Assembly (NCBI GenBank): GCA_002633005.1
Contig: NMRA01000969.1
Location: 14,310-78,061, forward strand
Direction: 5' to 3'
DNA from: Phoronis australis
Lineage: Eukaryota > Animalia > Phoronida
Length of the DNA stretch: 63,752 bases
A program made the translations under genes and the position numbers. Of the stretch, positions 52,031 to 63,752 are shown piece by piece. The notes under the pieces were generated by a model that saw only the letters and a program-made list of their open reading frames with translations, made no database searches and was not told where the DNA came from. Position 1 is the first letter of the stretch, and the number at the start of each line of letters is the position of its first letter.

Positions 52031-52120
52031 CTGGTCAAACCTGTTGACATCATTAGACATGAGATTGACTATCTGGCCAGTGGTCGTCTGGAGCAGAGCT
52101 GCATTGCTCAATCGCAGAGA
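52031..52120 (-). CDS. ABCC4: ABCC4-like exon 5
   Basis: ttcag|TCT...CAG|gtgag, 90 bp; [30 protein letters not shown], highly conserved ABCC4 segment. Confidence 0.95.
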
Positions 52121-53241
52121 CTGAAACAGAACACGGTTAGAAAATAAACGTGGTAGGTGCCCCCCCCAGATATCTATTTTGCATTACAACCACGTTCCGA
52201 TTCATTCCCGTGCATTCATTCAACCCTTTGTATTCATTCACTAAGACTCAGTTGTACGCGAGTGTACCCAAGATTTGACTGGGAGATTGAAGGTCAAACA
52301 GTTGATTTACACTTGTTCTTTTTTAGCGAAATGTAACAAAGCACTTAAAACCATGCAACAGGTTAAAAATTACGGGAAGAGCATTATAACATATTGTTTA
52401 CAAAACACCCACCCCCTCCACACACAAGCACACACAGGAAATGCATTTCAAATGTTTAAGGATCAATCCCTATCCAAAACTGAGCCAGGACACCCAGAGC
52501 TCGTACAAAATTAAGCCACATGGCAAATAGTTTCACAACACTGAGGTGTTATTCATTATCAAGGCGATTTTATTCTATTCCAGTGTGTTTATGGACATTG
52601 AAAGAACATTCCCTCTTGTATACTTCTAAGGTTAAATTACACTTTCATACCAAGTTTCTCTCTTATTTTTTCGTTCCAGTTTCACGGTAGTAACGGAGTT
52701 CACAAAAAGACACTGTTTTGGTGTAACAAAACCAATGATGTCAATTGTGTCTACTGTATTCTATTTATGTGGTCATGTCACCAGAAATCATCCCCAATGT
52801 CTAATGGATGGGTCCACTGGCTATTTCTACTGTTGCTATGACGACAGTGATGATGCTGGCAAAACTAACAAATGTTTCCTTGTACAACCAACAAAAGTGC
52901 ACCTAGGAATGAGACAATAGTCATTCAAATAACTTGAGAATGGTAGGCTGCAGCAAAAAAACCTATGGCATACTCTCGATAGCCCTTGACAAGATTTATC
53001 AACATACCAAATTACAAAACAGTCCCTAGCAGAACAAAACATTTGAAAATGACTGCCACAACACAATCTTGAATCCGATTACAACCAAAACCAAAAGTCT
53101 TCTAGAAACTGTAGGAGACACATGCTTGTGGAAATAAAAGCTGTAAAGTTGCGGGCAGTCACAACAATGTAGGAACCACCTGAAAATGGAAAATTAGTAA
53201 TTTCAGCAACGACTGATATTAGAAACTCTTGTAAAGGTTAC

Positions 53242-53457
53242 CTTTTTATAAAGCAGAGAACAGCTGGCAATACGTAGCCACATGCCAACCCGCTGGACAC
53301 TGAAGAAATAGGGATGATGAGAGATGGCTAGAATCATGGCGCAGATACTAACACCACCAGCGTAGAGATAGGCATCTAGTTCAGACATGGTGCTATTTGG
53401 TGAAAAATAGAGAAGCAAACGACCCAGGAGAACTGGTTGTACCACTTTGGTCGATTC
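53242..53457 (-). CDS. ABCC4: ABCC4-like exon 4 (TM1-TM2)
   Basis: gacag|GAA...AAG|gtaac, 216 bp; ESTKVVQPVLLGRLLLYF...HHPYFFSVQRVGMWLRIASCSLLYKK (ORF 53203..53445). Confidence 0.93.
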
Positions 53458-53514
53458 CTGTCAAACACAAAAGATGGCGTAAAATAAACAAATAGGCAAA
53501 GGCTTCTCTTTTAA

Positions 53515-54034
53515 TATGGGGGAAACTTAGCAATCTGTACTGGACTTACTGGAGAATAATCGACAACACCTGTGTGACATCTGTTGGAGATTATTAGAAA
53601 CGAGTCAACGGTGGGAAATGTTTAACACTCAGTCCTAGGTATGTGTCACATTAAATCTCAGTACACCACAATTGCTCAGAGAGGGATGTTCGATTCTTTC
53701 ATAAATGCACTTTGTATTCAACACCACATCTGTGGTCAGAAGTCAGGTCATACTTTTAACCTGAATGATGATGCACTGATCTTGAATAAGGAAAAAACTG
53801 GTTTGAGGTTAAAGAGTGCAAATTATTAAAAAGTCCTCAATGAGCAAGAGCAGAGCGCTTAGTTCAACTTGTCCCACAAATGGGAGCAAGTATTGTCGGA
53901 GATTTCCTGCCGTTTGACCCATTCCTGACAATCTCCAACAGATGTCATACAGGCTTCATAAAGTCAGCAGTGGCTGACAAAGCTTTGCTTATTACTCTCA
54001 AGTAAGTTCAACATGATGCATAATTTTTCCCATA
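53515..54034. mobile_element. MITE with long imperfect TIRs
   Basis: cctgtgtgacatctgttggagatt (53569) versus aatctccaacagatgtcatacagg (53930); outer arms also inverted. Confidence 0.65.
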
Positions 54035-54516
54035 TTTGTAACTAGTGGATGACTTGTAATGTGTCACTTTTAACTTGCAAACATCAGCTCTAGGAACTCA
54101 TTGGCCTGTAGATAAAAAGGGTCAGTTAAGAAATATGTCAGATGAACTTTATTACAGACCCACATCTCAAAAGTAACAGTCCACTGCAACAGTAGCTTGC
54201 CTTGGGAGTCATACAAATTCAGTAACACCATACGGGAGAAATAGGAGAAAACATTTTGAAATCCTGAGCTCCGTTACAAATGCTATTGGGATTAACAATA
54301 AAATCCATCTTACAAAACAAACTTTTTTCGAGCTGGCGATAAGTCGCAAGCCTGTTTAGAAGAACAAGCATGGACCACTTTGACCAGGTCATCAAAGAAA
54401 GCATAGACAATGGGTGACTGACAGTAAGTGACAGGTCACTGACAGTAAGTGACAGGTCATCATATTTACAGGGATGCTGATATCTATTTGAATCAAAAAA
54501 TAAAAAGTTCACTTAC

Positions 54517-54634
54517 CTCTAACAAAACAAATAATCCCAATAAAGCATAGTACAGGCCAAAGGCACGAATCATCGCCCTGCGTAGACTGGGTTGTCCTCC
54601 ATGCTTCACCTTTTCTAGCTCTTTTTTCCACTCC
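54517..54634 (-). CDS. ABCC4: ABCC4-like exon 3 (end of lasso, TM1 start)
   Basis: attcag|G...GAG|gtaagt, 118 bp, phase 2 to 0; EWKKELEKVKHGGQPSLRRAMIRAFGLYYALLGLFVLLE. Confidence 0.9.
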
Positions 54635-55734
54635 CTGAATGATGTGGTACAATCTTACAACACCAGGACAAATAAGCATTAGTTACAGGGTGACCACATT
54701 GTCCTGCACCGCCTACAAGTGCTGCCCAGAGCAGAAGACACTCCCACTGCCTAGAGGTGCTACCCAAGGCAGAAGACACGCCCACCTCAGATGACACCCC
54801 CACATTAAAAGACACTCCCACATCAAAAGCCATTGACAGTGCAAATTTTTAAGGCTCTAATTTTAAATTGCAATAAGTGATTTTCAATGAAATTGAAATC
54901 AGCTGAATTCAATCTTCACAAAGTTACCTCTCAAATAACTCAATTTTTACAGAGTGCAGCATTCATACAGTGTACACCTTTGTTTTTCTGTTTATGTTCC
55001 CGCGACCACAAAAACAAGATTCATTTTCATGACTATTAAGGTCAGTGATGCGATGATGATGCTGTGACCTTGAAACTGATGTCAACATCATCAAATTTGA
55101 CCATAGCCTGTAGATGTCCCTTCGACTATCACCTGGCGATGTCCCATATACACCTTGGTACAAAATGCAAAATAAATCTAAAACTTCCTTCTTGCGATAT
55201 TGCATCAACAACATTTTCTAGCTAAAACTCGACTTTCTTGCTGTAACCTTGAAAATGATGTCAAGGTCACCAAAAGTAACTTGCGCCAGGAGATGCCCAT
55301 TACATACACCAAGGCACAAAATATGAACAAACCCTAAGCCTTCTTTTTGAAATATCATGACAAAAATTTTCTTAAAAAAATGAAGTTAAGGTCACCAAAA
55401 TCAACTGGTGTGTGCCTGGAGCTACTCTACCTACATCTTGGAACAAAATACAAACAAAATCCAAAAGCATTCTTCTAAACATGTTGAGCTACCATTTTCG
55501 AAGGAAAAACTTATTTTCTCGACATGACCTTGATAACGAAGTTAAGGTTAACAAAACAGACTGGTGCCAGGAAATGTCCCAGGTACGCCTCAGTACAGAA
55601 TATGAACAAAATCTAAAATTCCTTCTTGAGCTACCATACCAACAACTTGGATTTTTGCCCTGTGACCTTGAAAATGAAGTCAAGGTAGTCAAAATCAAGT
55701 AGCGCCTGAAGATGCTCCAGCTACACATTGGTAC

Positions 55735-55891
55735 CAGCGTTCAAACTTCATCAAATACATGTGCTGGCCCGCCAGGCCAGTTAGTCTGAAAATTTACTGG
55801 CCCAGGTACCAAGATAACGTTTAAATGTTACTGCCCCAGCCGCAAATCCACTGGCCCCGGAGCACCGGGCCAGTGTGTATTTAGAATGCTG
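55735..55891. mobile_element. 157 bp hAT-like MITE
   Basis: TIR cagcgttc / gaatgctg; 8 bp TSD attggtac / cttggtac; inserted in another repeat (about 55000-56100). Confidence 0.7.
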
Positions 55892-56219
55892 CTTGGTACA
55901 CAACATGAACACATCTTAAAACTTTCTTCTCGAGATAACGTGTCAACACCGTGTTTTAAGCAAAAGCTAGACTTTCTCTACGTAACCTTAGAAATGGCGT
56001 TAAGGTCTCCACTAAACTGTCTCAAACTTGTGTCATTTTAGCTTACAGGTGATATAATTGGTATGATAAACTGTTTCAAACTTGCTTTGCTTTCAGGTGA
56101 AATCAAAGGAGTGACAGTCTCAAACTACCATAATTTCAGTTTGAACTTTTAAAGTGTCGGGCTCCCAAGAGCACACACAGACCTCACTGTAAGTGAGTTA
56201 TACCTCAGTGCCTACTCAC

Positions 56220-56330
56220 CGCTCCAGCTTTGCACATAGCCTAGTAGACTGGTCATCCTTCAGACAATTATAAAGGTCAGTCTGCTCAAGGGGACGCTTG
56301 TAGCCAATACTGAAGAGTGGGTTCAACCAC
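56220..56330 (-). CDS. ABCC4: ABCC4/MRP4-like ABC transporter, exon equivalent to human exon 2 (lasso motif)
   Basis: ttgcag|G...CG|gtgagt, 111 bp; translates WLNPLFSIGYKRPLEQTDLYNCLKDDQSTRLCAKLER, typical ABCC4 N-terminal motif; size equals human exon 2 as recalled. Confidence 0.92.
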
Positions 56331-57169
56331 CTGCAACAGGCATATCAAAAGATCTTCATCTGGTTCACTGCTTGTTTTGGCCTTTACAATTGCACATTTT
56401 GTCAAAGTAAGACTAGTCAAAATGATCAGCACAAATGAACTCTTTCACAAGCCAGCATCCTCTGTATCCCTTTCCTTCATTCATCTCAATGATATGTCAA
56501 TCTGTAGGTCAAGGCCATAGACCTGGCGATTGTATCACGAAAGCTGTAGATCTGATACCATCATGTCTCAAATGGACACAAAGACCCACAAATACAAATG
56601 AGTCGCCGGGTCCCATGACCGTGTCCCAGGAAATTAACAAAACATAATCCAAATACACTACAACAGACTACCAAATCAATCCTTCAAAAATATGGTTAAT
56701 AAACCTAGAGAAGGTAGCCACAGCACTCTCACACCCAAAAGGTAAACGTAAGATATAAAATGTACCATAACAAGTCAAAAGCAAAGTCTTAACTCAGCCC
56801 TATTCTCTTAACTTAACCTACCAACATGCAGAATTATCATCCGTTACAGTAATAGCCAAATGGATAGACCACTCCAAACTAGAAGGTTCAATAACTTCTG
56901 CATTTAAAATTTACTTTAATAATAGTTGCAAGTAAAGAAGACTTTTTGAATCAACCTTAAGTTGTGGTAAATAGTAACTTGGGGATCTTGGTTTGTAAAA
57001 GGCATACGATTTATCATATGGCGATTTCGTTAATTTAGACTATATGATAAACGGGTCTATTTCAAAGTAAATTTAAAAGTGTTAATGTCTATTCTGCTTG
57101 CATGCCTTTAGCACTTACTCGCAGAAAAATGTGAAGGTTCTAGACATATTTGTTCTATCTTTAACGGCA

Positions 57170-57725
57170 TTCAGAAACCTACAGTAAGTCAGCGTTAATG
57201 GGAAATCGAGTTAGGAGATAGTTTAGATTGGAAGAAAATACTACACAGTACTTTTTCAGTCAAAATCAAAGTTTGGGATTCTAATTTATGTTCCTATTGT
57301 AATAAAGCTCCAGAGACGCTGTCACACCTTTTTTGAGAATGTTGCCTTGTACCAGATTTTTGGAAGGAATTGATAAACTTCTTCAAAAGTGTCTCATTCA
57401 GTTTCCCAACTGTTTCCATCACAAACGCCTTATTCTTGGACTTCATGAGACACGTAATTTTCTACTTAACATTTTGCTATTACTAGCCAAACAGTACATT
57501 TACAAGGAGAAATGTCACAAAAATATACCAAACATTCACATACAAAAATTTTGTGTATAACAGCTTCTTTGGGAAATGGGAAATTTTATTGTTGCCGTTA
57601 ACTCCATGTAACAGTTTGTTTACTTACATGAAATAAGAGAATGGTCTCCCCTGAGGTGTGCACATGCGAATGAATAGATGTACTTGTTTGTTTTTATACT
57701 TGTTTATCAGTAATAATAAATATAT
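57170..57725 (+). mobile_element. 3' fragment of an L1/Tx1-clade LINE
   Basis: zf-RVT-like DSNLCSYCNKAPETLSHLF*EC...FWK and NFLLNILLLLAKQYIYKEKC, then an A-rich tail. Confidence 0.65.
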
Positions 57726-58129
57726 GAAAGAAAAGAAACATTTTGTTTATGTGGGTCTACTCCTTGCCAAAAACTGCAGGTCCTTTACAGGTAGGGCACT
57801 ACCCCTCTCAATAAACTTGTTCTGTACCACTGAAATTACCTAAGTTAAATTCAAAAATAGCAAAGTTGTCCAGAAAGGAACACACTAAAAGTCGAACCAC
57901 TTTGTGTTCACCATTGATCCGTCAAGATAACCAAATGCTGCGGAACAATCTCAGAAGCTTGAAAACCACTGTTGCAAGGGCAATACCTCAAACACTCCTC
58001 CGCCAAAGCTACTACAGAACCATCATCAAAACTAATCGAGTCATCACCACAGTTTCATTGAATGGAAATCAGACCCACAGTTTGAACTAAGATAGCCTTG
58101 GATCGAGACCATTCATCCAATGGTGCTAT

Positions 58130-59168
58130 AAAATTGAATCAACGAGGTGTATATATAGAAAGATGCCAGGTAAAATGAAGACAAAACATCGAGCTGATCT
58201 TAGGGAGCTGTGCGTCTGCATGAATATAACCATTGACAACGAAAGCTTTAAGTCACCGCACACCTTTGGGAGTTTGTGTTAATGAATACAGGTTGTGAAG
58301 AGATAAATCCTCACACAAATTCATTAATTTGAAGGTAATTTGACATTTTGCTGGCTCGATCTCATGCTCACGACGCGCTTTAACCATCGACTTAATTTCT
58401 GTTGTCCATTTTGTGCTTGGTTTCATATCAGTGCGTGGTGACTAAAACGATGAACTGTTGACCTACTTTTAAGTAGGCCTTGGCTGGAGACAGTCGCAAA
58501 TAAAAAAATGATTTAGTGATAATTAAGTAATTATGCACTGTAATTTTAGTTGACATTGCAATTAAATGTTGAAATAGCGAACATGACTAAGGCATGTATT
58601 GATTACACAGACCAGAAACAAGTTTTCATTGAATAACTAACCGAAAACCTTGAGATTTTCACATCACCCAACTTAATCAGCTTTTATTTGGCTTCAGCAA
58701 ATCGACTTAATTTGATCTCAGAAACACAAGTTCTTCGTAGATTTCGCTGAAACTTTCCAAATTTTATATTTATTCATCAATCTCAAATTATGCTGATAAA
58801 TTTTTTGATATAAAGGCGTAATGAAACAAAGATGAATACGACTGCTATTTGTCATAGAAACCAAACTAAAATACTTTTTGAAAATTACTAACAGCATTTT
58901 TGAGGTACCTGGTTAAGTTTTCATTTAAAAAATGGTTCATTAAAATCAACCAAGGTTATTTTGCTATAAATGTACCTTTCTTAAATATGAAAATTTGACT
59001 TAAGAAAGGTGTTATTGGATAATAATAATGGCGCATATGTACAAAACATATTTTTATAATCCCTGATCTTTTTCTTCCAGAAAATATATACTTTTACTAG
59101 TTGACAAACACTGCTTTTGACATACAAGTTTAGAATGGAGGCCACTAAATAAGGTTTGGAATATAACC
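58130..59168. mobile_element. Second copy of the Kolobok-like element
   Basis: Colinear with about 870-1971; ends aataaggtttggaatataacc|ttaa; left end not resolved. Confidence 0.65.
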
Positions 59169-59280
59169 TTAAGGTGGAGCAAGTTGCACAAGAGCAAGTT
59201 GTTCTAAGTAAGTCTGTTTGTGGACGCTACTCTAATGACAACTCGTTGCAGGACTAACTTGTTCTAGGGCGAGTCTGTGC

Positions 59281-59406
59281 ATGGACCGCACTATAGTGAC
59301 AGGGATGTGGACCACACTGTAATGGCAGGGATGTGGACCACACTATAGTGACAGGGATGTGGACCACACTGTAGTGGCAGGAATGTGGACCACACTATAG
59401 TGACAG
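59281..59406. repeat. 26 bp tandem repeat
   Basis: gggatgtggaccacactatagtgaca. Confidence 0.9.
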
Positions 59407-59609
59407 GCCTAAATTTAATTAACTCACAATCTAACTGCTTCCAAATCTGACAACAAAGTAACCCCAGAACCAGTATCAACAGACAGTAAAGTAACAGGAG
59501 AACCACCATCAACAATTGTACAAGTCTCCTGTACACTTACAAAACACAATGGCACTACACCCCATATAACACACTTTCCTCAACACTAACAATGTCAAAT
59601 GGTCTAACC

Positions 59610-62100
59610 TTCATAGAGAAGATCGGGTATGATTGATAAAAACATTGAAAAAGAGGACCTAGTAGGGAACCTTGTGTAATGCCAATCGTGACTGGCGCCC
59701 AATCGAAAGAAGTGTTTTGGACTTAGACGCGCTGTTTCCTTTGTGAGAAATAGTCTGACGTTAATTGTATTGAGGATGAGTCTAGGCTGTAGGCTTTCAA
59801 TTTTGCCAAAGTGAGGTTATGAGTCGGACAATCAAAAGCTTTACTAAGGTCAAGACAGATGAGGCCTACACAGTGGTTGTGTCAAGCTGTGATCTCCAGT
59901 CTTCCAACAAGTTTGATAAGTGTGAAGTGGCATCCATGGCGTTTTCTGTAGGCTGAGAGATATTTTGAAAGAATTTTGTCAAAGTGTATTTCGACTTGAT
60001 TGAAAATATTGCATTCAAAGATTTTTAAAATGCTAGACAGGACTGGTCTGTATAATTTTGTTTTGTCTGTCTCACACCCTTTCTTGAAAAGGGGCGTTAT
60101 TTCTCCTTCTTCAAAACATTTTGGAATTGCTTTTTTCATTAAAGGATATTTGACGACGGTTGCAGCTTCCTTGTATGTTTTGTCTCCAGGGAATTAGGTC
60201 AGAAACGGGGGCTTTGTTTGGATTAATGTTTTGAAGAATTTTTAGTATAGCTGATTCATCTGTGTGATGGAAACTGAAATTGTTTGTGAATGTTGGATGC
60301 TGTTCTCGGATCCTTTTGCAGCTAGAATGCGTGTTAAAGAGGTCCTCAACTGTGTGAGAGCATTTTGGAATCAAGTCTTCCACAATGGTGGAGAAATATG
60401 AGTTGACGGTGTTTGCAATTTCGACTGGTTTTTGATAAATATGTTGTTTTCCTTGAGGATAGAAATAGAGGAGCCCTGTGATTATTTGGCAAGAAAGCTT
60501 TGCCAGTTTTCCAAAAATTTTTTGGGTCGCAACAATATTGACTGTTTCTGGGTGAAATAGTTTTTTAATTCTTGGTGATGTAGTGAAACAACTCTGTTCC
60601 GTAGGCTTGAGTATTTTTCCCAATTTTGTGGAGTTTTGGAACTTCTGTATCTTTTCAGCAATTTTTCACGTTTAGATATTTCTTTTCTAATTGTTGGCGT
60701 AATGTAAGGTAAGGTGTTAGACTTTCTACTGAGAAGTTTAGCAGGAGCATGGTCGGCTAAAATAGACTTATATAACTCTGACCAAGCCCAGTAAATATCA
60801 TCTACGCCATCGAAAACATAGCATACATCAAACAGAACAGTACTGATATCATTTGAGAAATACTTACCATTAAACTGAGAGTTAAGAAACGTTTGGGTGG
60901 AGTTCTAGGTGGACGAGATTTTTGGGATGTGACAATTAACTTGTGGTCATTGATACCAATTGAAATGGAAGTAGTCAAATCGTACATATGTGGGTTGTTG
61001 GTTAATATAACATCAATAAAAATGGATGTATTCGAGGTTACCCTCGAGGCAGCTTTTACCATACACTGTAAACCATAAGTGTCACTCAGTAGTTTTTGAA
61101 GTCACCAGTATCAGCTGAGGTGTCAGAGAGAAAGTTACAATTCATGTTGCCCATTACAATGATTTCTTGAGAAATGTTGACAGCAGCTTCTGTAATCGTC
61201 CCAAGATGGTGGAAAAATCTTGAGTTTTCATGTTTGGCAGTTTGTACGCGGTGAGTACCATGCAAGGTTGAGATTTGAGATGAAATTCAGTGGCAAGGCA
61301 TTCAATACTTTCATTTTCAAATTCCTTCCGTTTGTAGGATTTCAATTTGGACGCAATGTAAATTGCGCCGCCGCCTCCGTTTCTTGTCCGATCACGTCTG
61401 AATAACTTAAAGTTTGGACATTGAAGTCGTGAAATGCATACGGTTCCATCTAGTTCAGAGAGAAAATGTGAAATGGCTTGTCTAGGAGAATGGTGTGGAT
61501 TTCCGAGATCTTGCCGTGCAGACTGTTTATGTTCAGATGGCCCAGATTGATATAGTAGTTATTTGACTTGAAACTGTTGAGCTCAGCATAGGGATTTCCA
61601 CTTGATGAGTCGTTCATATCTACCATGGAGTCATTCGGACAAGGTAAACCGCTGACACTAAAGAACGAGTCGCTAAAATGATTCAGCATGTATTTGTCAC
61701 AAAACCAGTCAGAGTTACTATTTGCAAGTGCAGCGTACTGCGTGGTGCTGATGTTTATGCACTTGGCGAGAGTACATGAGTCACAACCATCACAGAAAAG
61801 TCCATTTTGATTCGATTTAACAGGTTTTTCACATTGGCCACAGGGATATTTAATAGCAGGACCAGGATTACTATGAATACCACTGCTCAGAATGAGTATG
61901 ATTAGGGCATACTGAAGAAAAGCATTCGTGGTTTCCGTTGCGTTTGACCGCCATTTTTCTGTTGTCTGTGACTTCGTCGGTTGGTCACTCTTGAAATGTG
62001 GCGACTGTTGTCAAACCTATATTTTGTTCAGTGAAGTCCTTGTTATAATTTAAGCTTTTGCCGAAGCGCATAGCAATGGTTAGTCATTTAGTACAGCATA
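59610..62100 (-). mobile_element. Decayed CR1/L2-group LINE ORF2 (PHD - APE endonuclease - partial RT)
   Basis: NPGP then PCGQCEKPV...CDGCD...WFC PHD; LGHLNINSL APE start; ITPLFKKG, YRPV, LSAYRKRH, CLDLSKAFD and GITQGSLLGPLF RT motifs; many frameshifts; 3' end missing. Confidence 0.9.
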
Positions 62101-62910
62101 TAGCTCATTTTTTAACTCTAGGGTGACACATTTGTTGGAACTGGAAACCGGAAACTGTTACCAGTTGAGGTATAGAGTACACAACACAAACTCACTAGGC
62201 GTGCGTTCAATAACGCTAGAACCTAACCTAGGACCTGTCAAAAATCTAGCCAAACTCACGTGTTCTCACTTTTGCTTTTTAGCGAGGTCCTAGAGTTACT
62301 GAATGGGAGGCAGGTCTCAAGAAAATCAAGAATCTTTATTTAACGTCATTCAAAGAACAGATTAACATTAGCCCGCTGAGCCATTTCTATGACATTAAAT
62401 TTAACAGAAACATGAAGAAAATGGAGCTTGCTCTAAAGGTGGAGAATAACACAGATATATAATTGTAAGTAAAAGTTAAGTTGTCGTAATCGCTAAATTA
62501 TAGACTAGAGTCTGAGCATAAAATATAATAGGTACATGTATAAATGTTATAAATTTTATCTAGATAAATCATAAAGAAACGATGGTATACACTAATTACA
62601 GCATAACCTGGAGTGTTTACAAAGACAACAGCTACATTCGGCACCGGTCCAAGGCCAGATCAGTCCACGGAAAATAGTGAAAGACTGTAGTGCGCAACAC
62701 ATTCGGCAGACTTTTCCAGACCCGAGCAGCCTTGAAGCGAAAAGATTTTTAACCATATTTGACAAATTTGACTTGAGGAATATCTAATCCACAGGCGTCC
62801 TCAGCTTCTGATCACCCCCAATACACTACATATAATACTACAAGGTATGACACTTCGGACTAGAAATTCCATGGGTGCTTCACTTTAGCCATCCATAGCA
62901 AACACAAAAC

Positions 62911-63700
62911 CAGGGCTCGACATAACGAGCTGCAGGTCGCATTTGCGACCTGAAATTTGGAAATGCGAGCTGAGATTTTTGTCAGCTTGTATCAAGTCGC
63001 TAAATGCGACCTGGAATTTCCAACGTATGCGAGCGGAGTTTTTACACTTCTCGGCAGAAACCTGGCAAATATAAAGCAACTCTTGTTAATCCGACCGTTA
63101 TTTGGTCGTTGCCAAATCGAAGTTCAAAAGAACGCCAACCAAGAACAGCCCTCCCGATGACTTGTACATGTAAGCAAGTCGCGTGAACATGGGATATGCA
63201 GAATCGATCTTTGACGCGTTTCATTGGCCAGCACTTTCGACCGCTTATGCAAGTTTTCGGATTCGGGCCGGAAAGTTTTGGGCCACTGCATAACACGTGA
63301 TAAAATGTCACAAAACGGCGGTGTTTCTACTAATTCTTAAGCGATAAACTTATCAAACTTTGTGGTGGATAAATATGTTTATTTTTTGCGTAAGATGTCC
63401 TTATTACATGTACCAAATATCCACGACAACATCCCCGATATTACCGGCACTGCGGCACTGATCGGTCCCGTTGTTAGCGCGCAAGAGGTCCCGGCAGACA
63501 ATCGTGACTTAGAGATGTGCTCTCGTTTTTTATTGCATATGACAGCCAAAGTGAAAATGACAACCCTATTAATCGCCAAACAACTGCTACGTCTTTACTC
63601 TCAGTTACTAAGAAATTATTTAACCCCTTTACTTGTTCCTGGGGCTACGTGCGCGAAATATGATTTGACTTTCACACGTTGCTGCCAGCGTAAATAATGG
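62911..63700 (+). mobile_element. hAT-like MITE family copy
   Basis: Starts cagggctcgacataacgagctgcaggtcgc; homologous to the 27707, 31865 and (inverted) 3720 copies. Confidence 0.6.
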
Positions 63701-63752
63701 GCTCACCCATAAGCCCCCCAATTTGGCGAATTGGGCAAAAAGGTTCGCCTCA

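Noticed and set aside
62865-62900. ATG-containing minus-strand stretch as a candidate ABCC4 exon 1
   Set aside because: Immediate stops, no NP...AN..S..FF motif and no phase-2 donor; exon 1 probably lies outside the window.

Overview
AT-rich, repeat-dense animal genomic DNA (invertebrate-like; the organism is not identifiable from this window), not prokaryotic. The window lies inside one large minus-strand gene encoding an ABCC4/MRP4-type ABC exporter. Six single-copy exons (56330 down to 49730) match human ABCC4 exons 2-7 in sequence and splice phase. After them comes not one exon 8 but a tandem array of at least seven divergent exon-8 paralogues (37791 down to 5988). Six are complete (250 or 253 bp, phase 2 to phase 0, AG/GT bounded, open) and one is half hidden in an assembly gap. 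Any two spliced together would shift the frame, so they are most likely mutually exclusive cassettes that swap TM5-TM6, the substrate-pocket helices. Exon 1 and exons 9 onward were not found in the window. The introns hold nested transposons (Academ, pogo-like, hAT-like, Kolobok-like, Helentron-derived elements rich in CTCF-like motifs, CR1/L2 and Tx1 LINE relics, a solo LTR with heat-shock elements) and minisatellites. Coordinates were read by hand; transposon boundaries are approximate unless a TIR or TSD is quoted.
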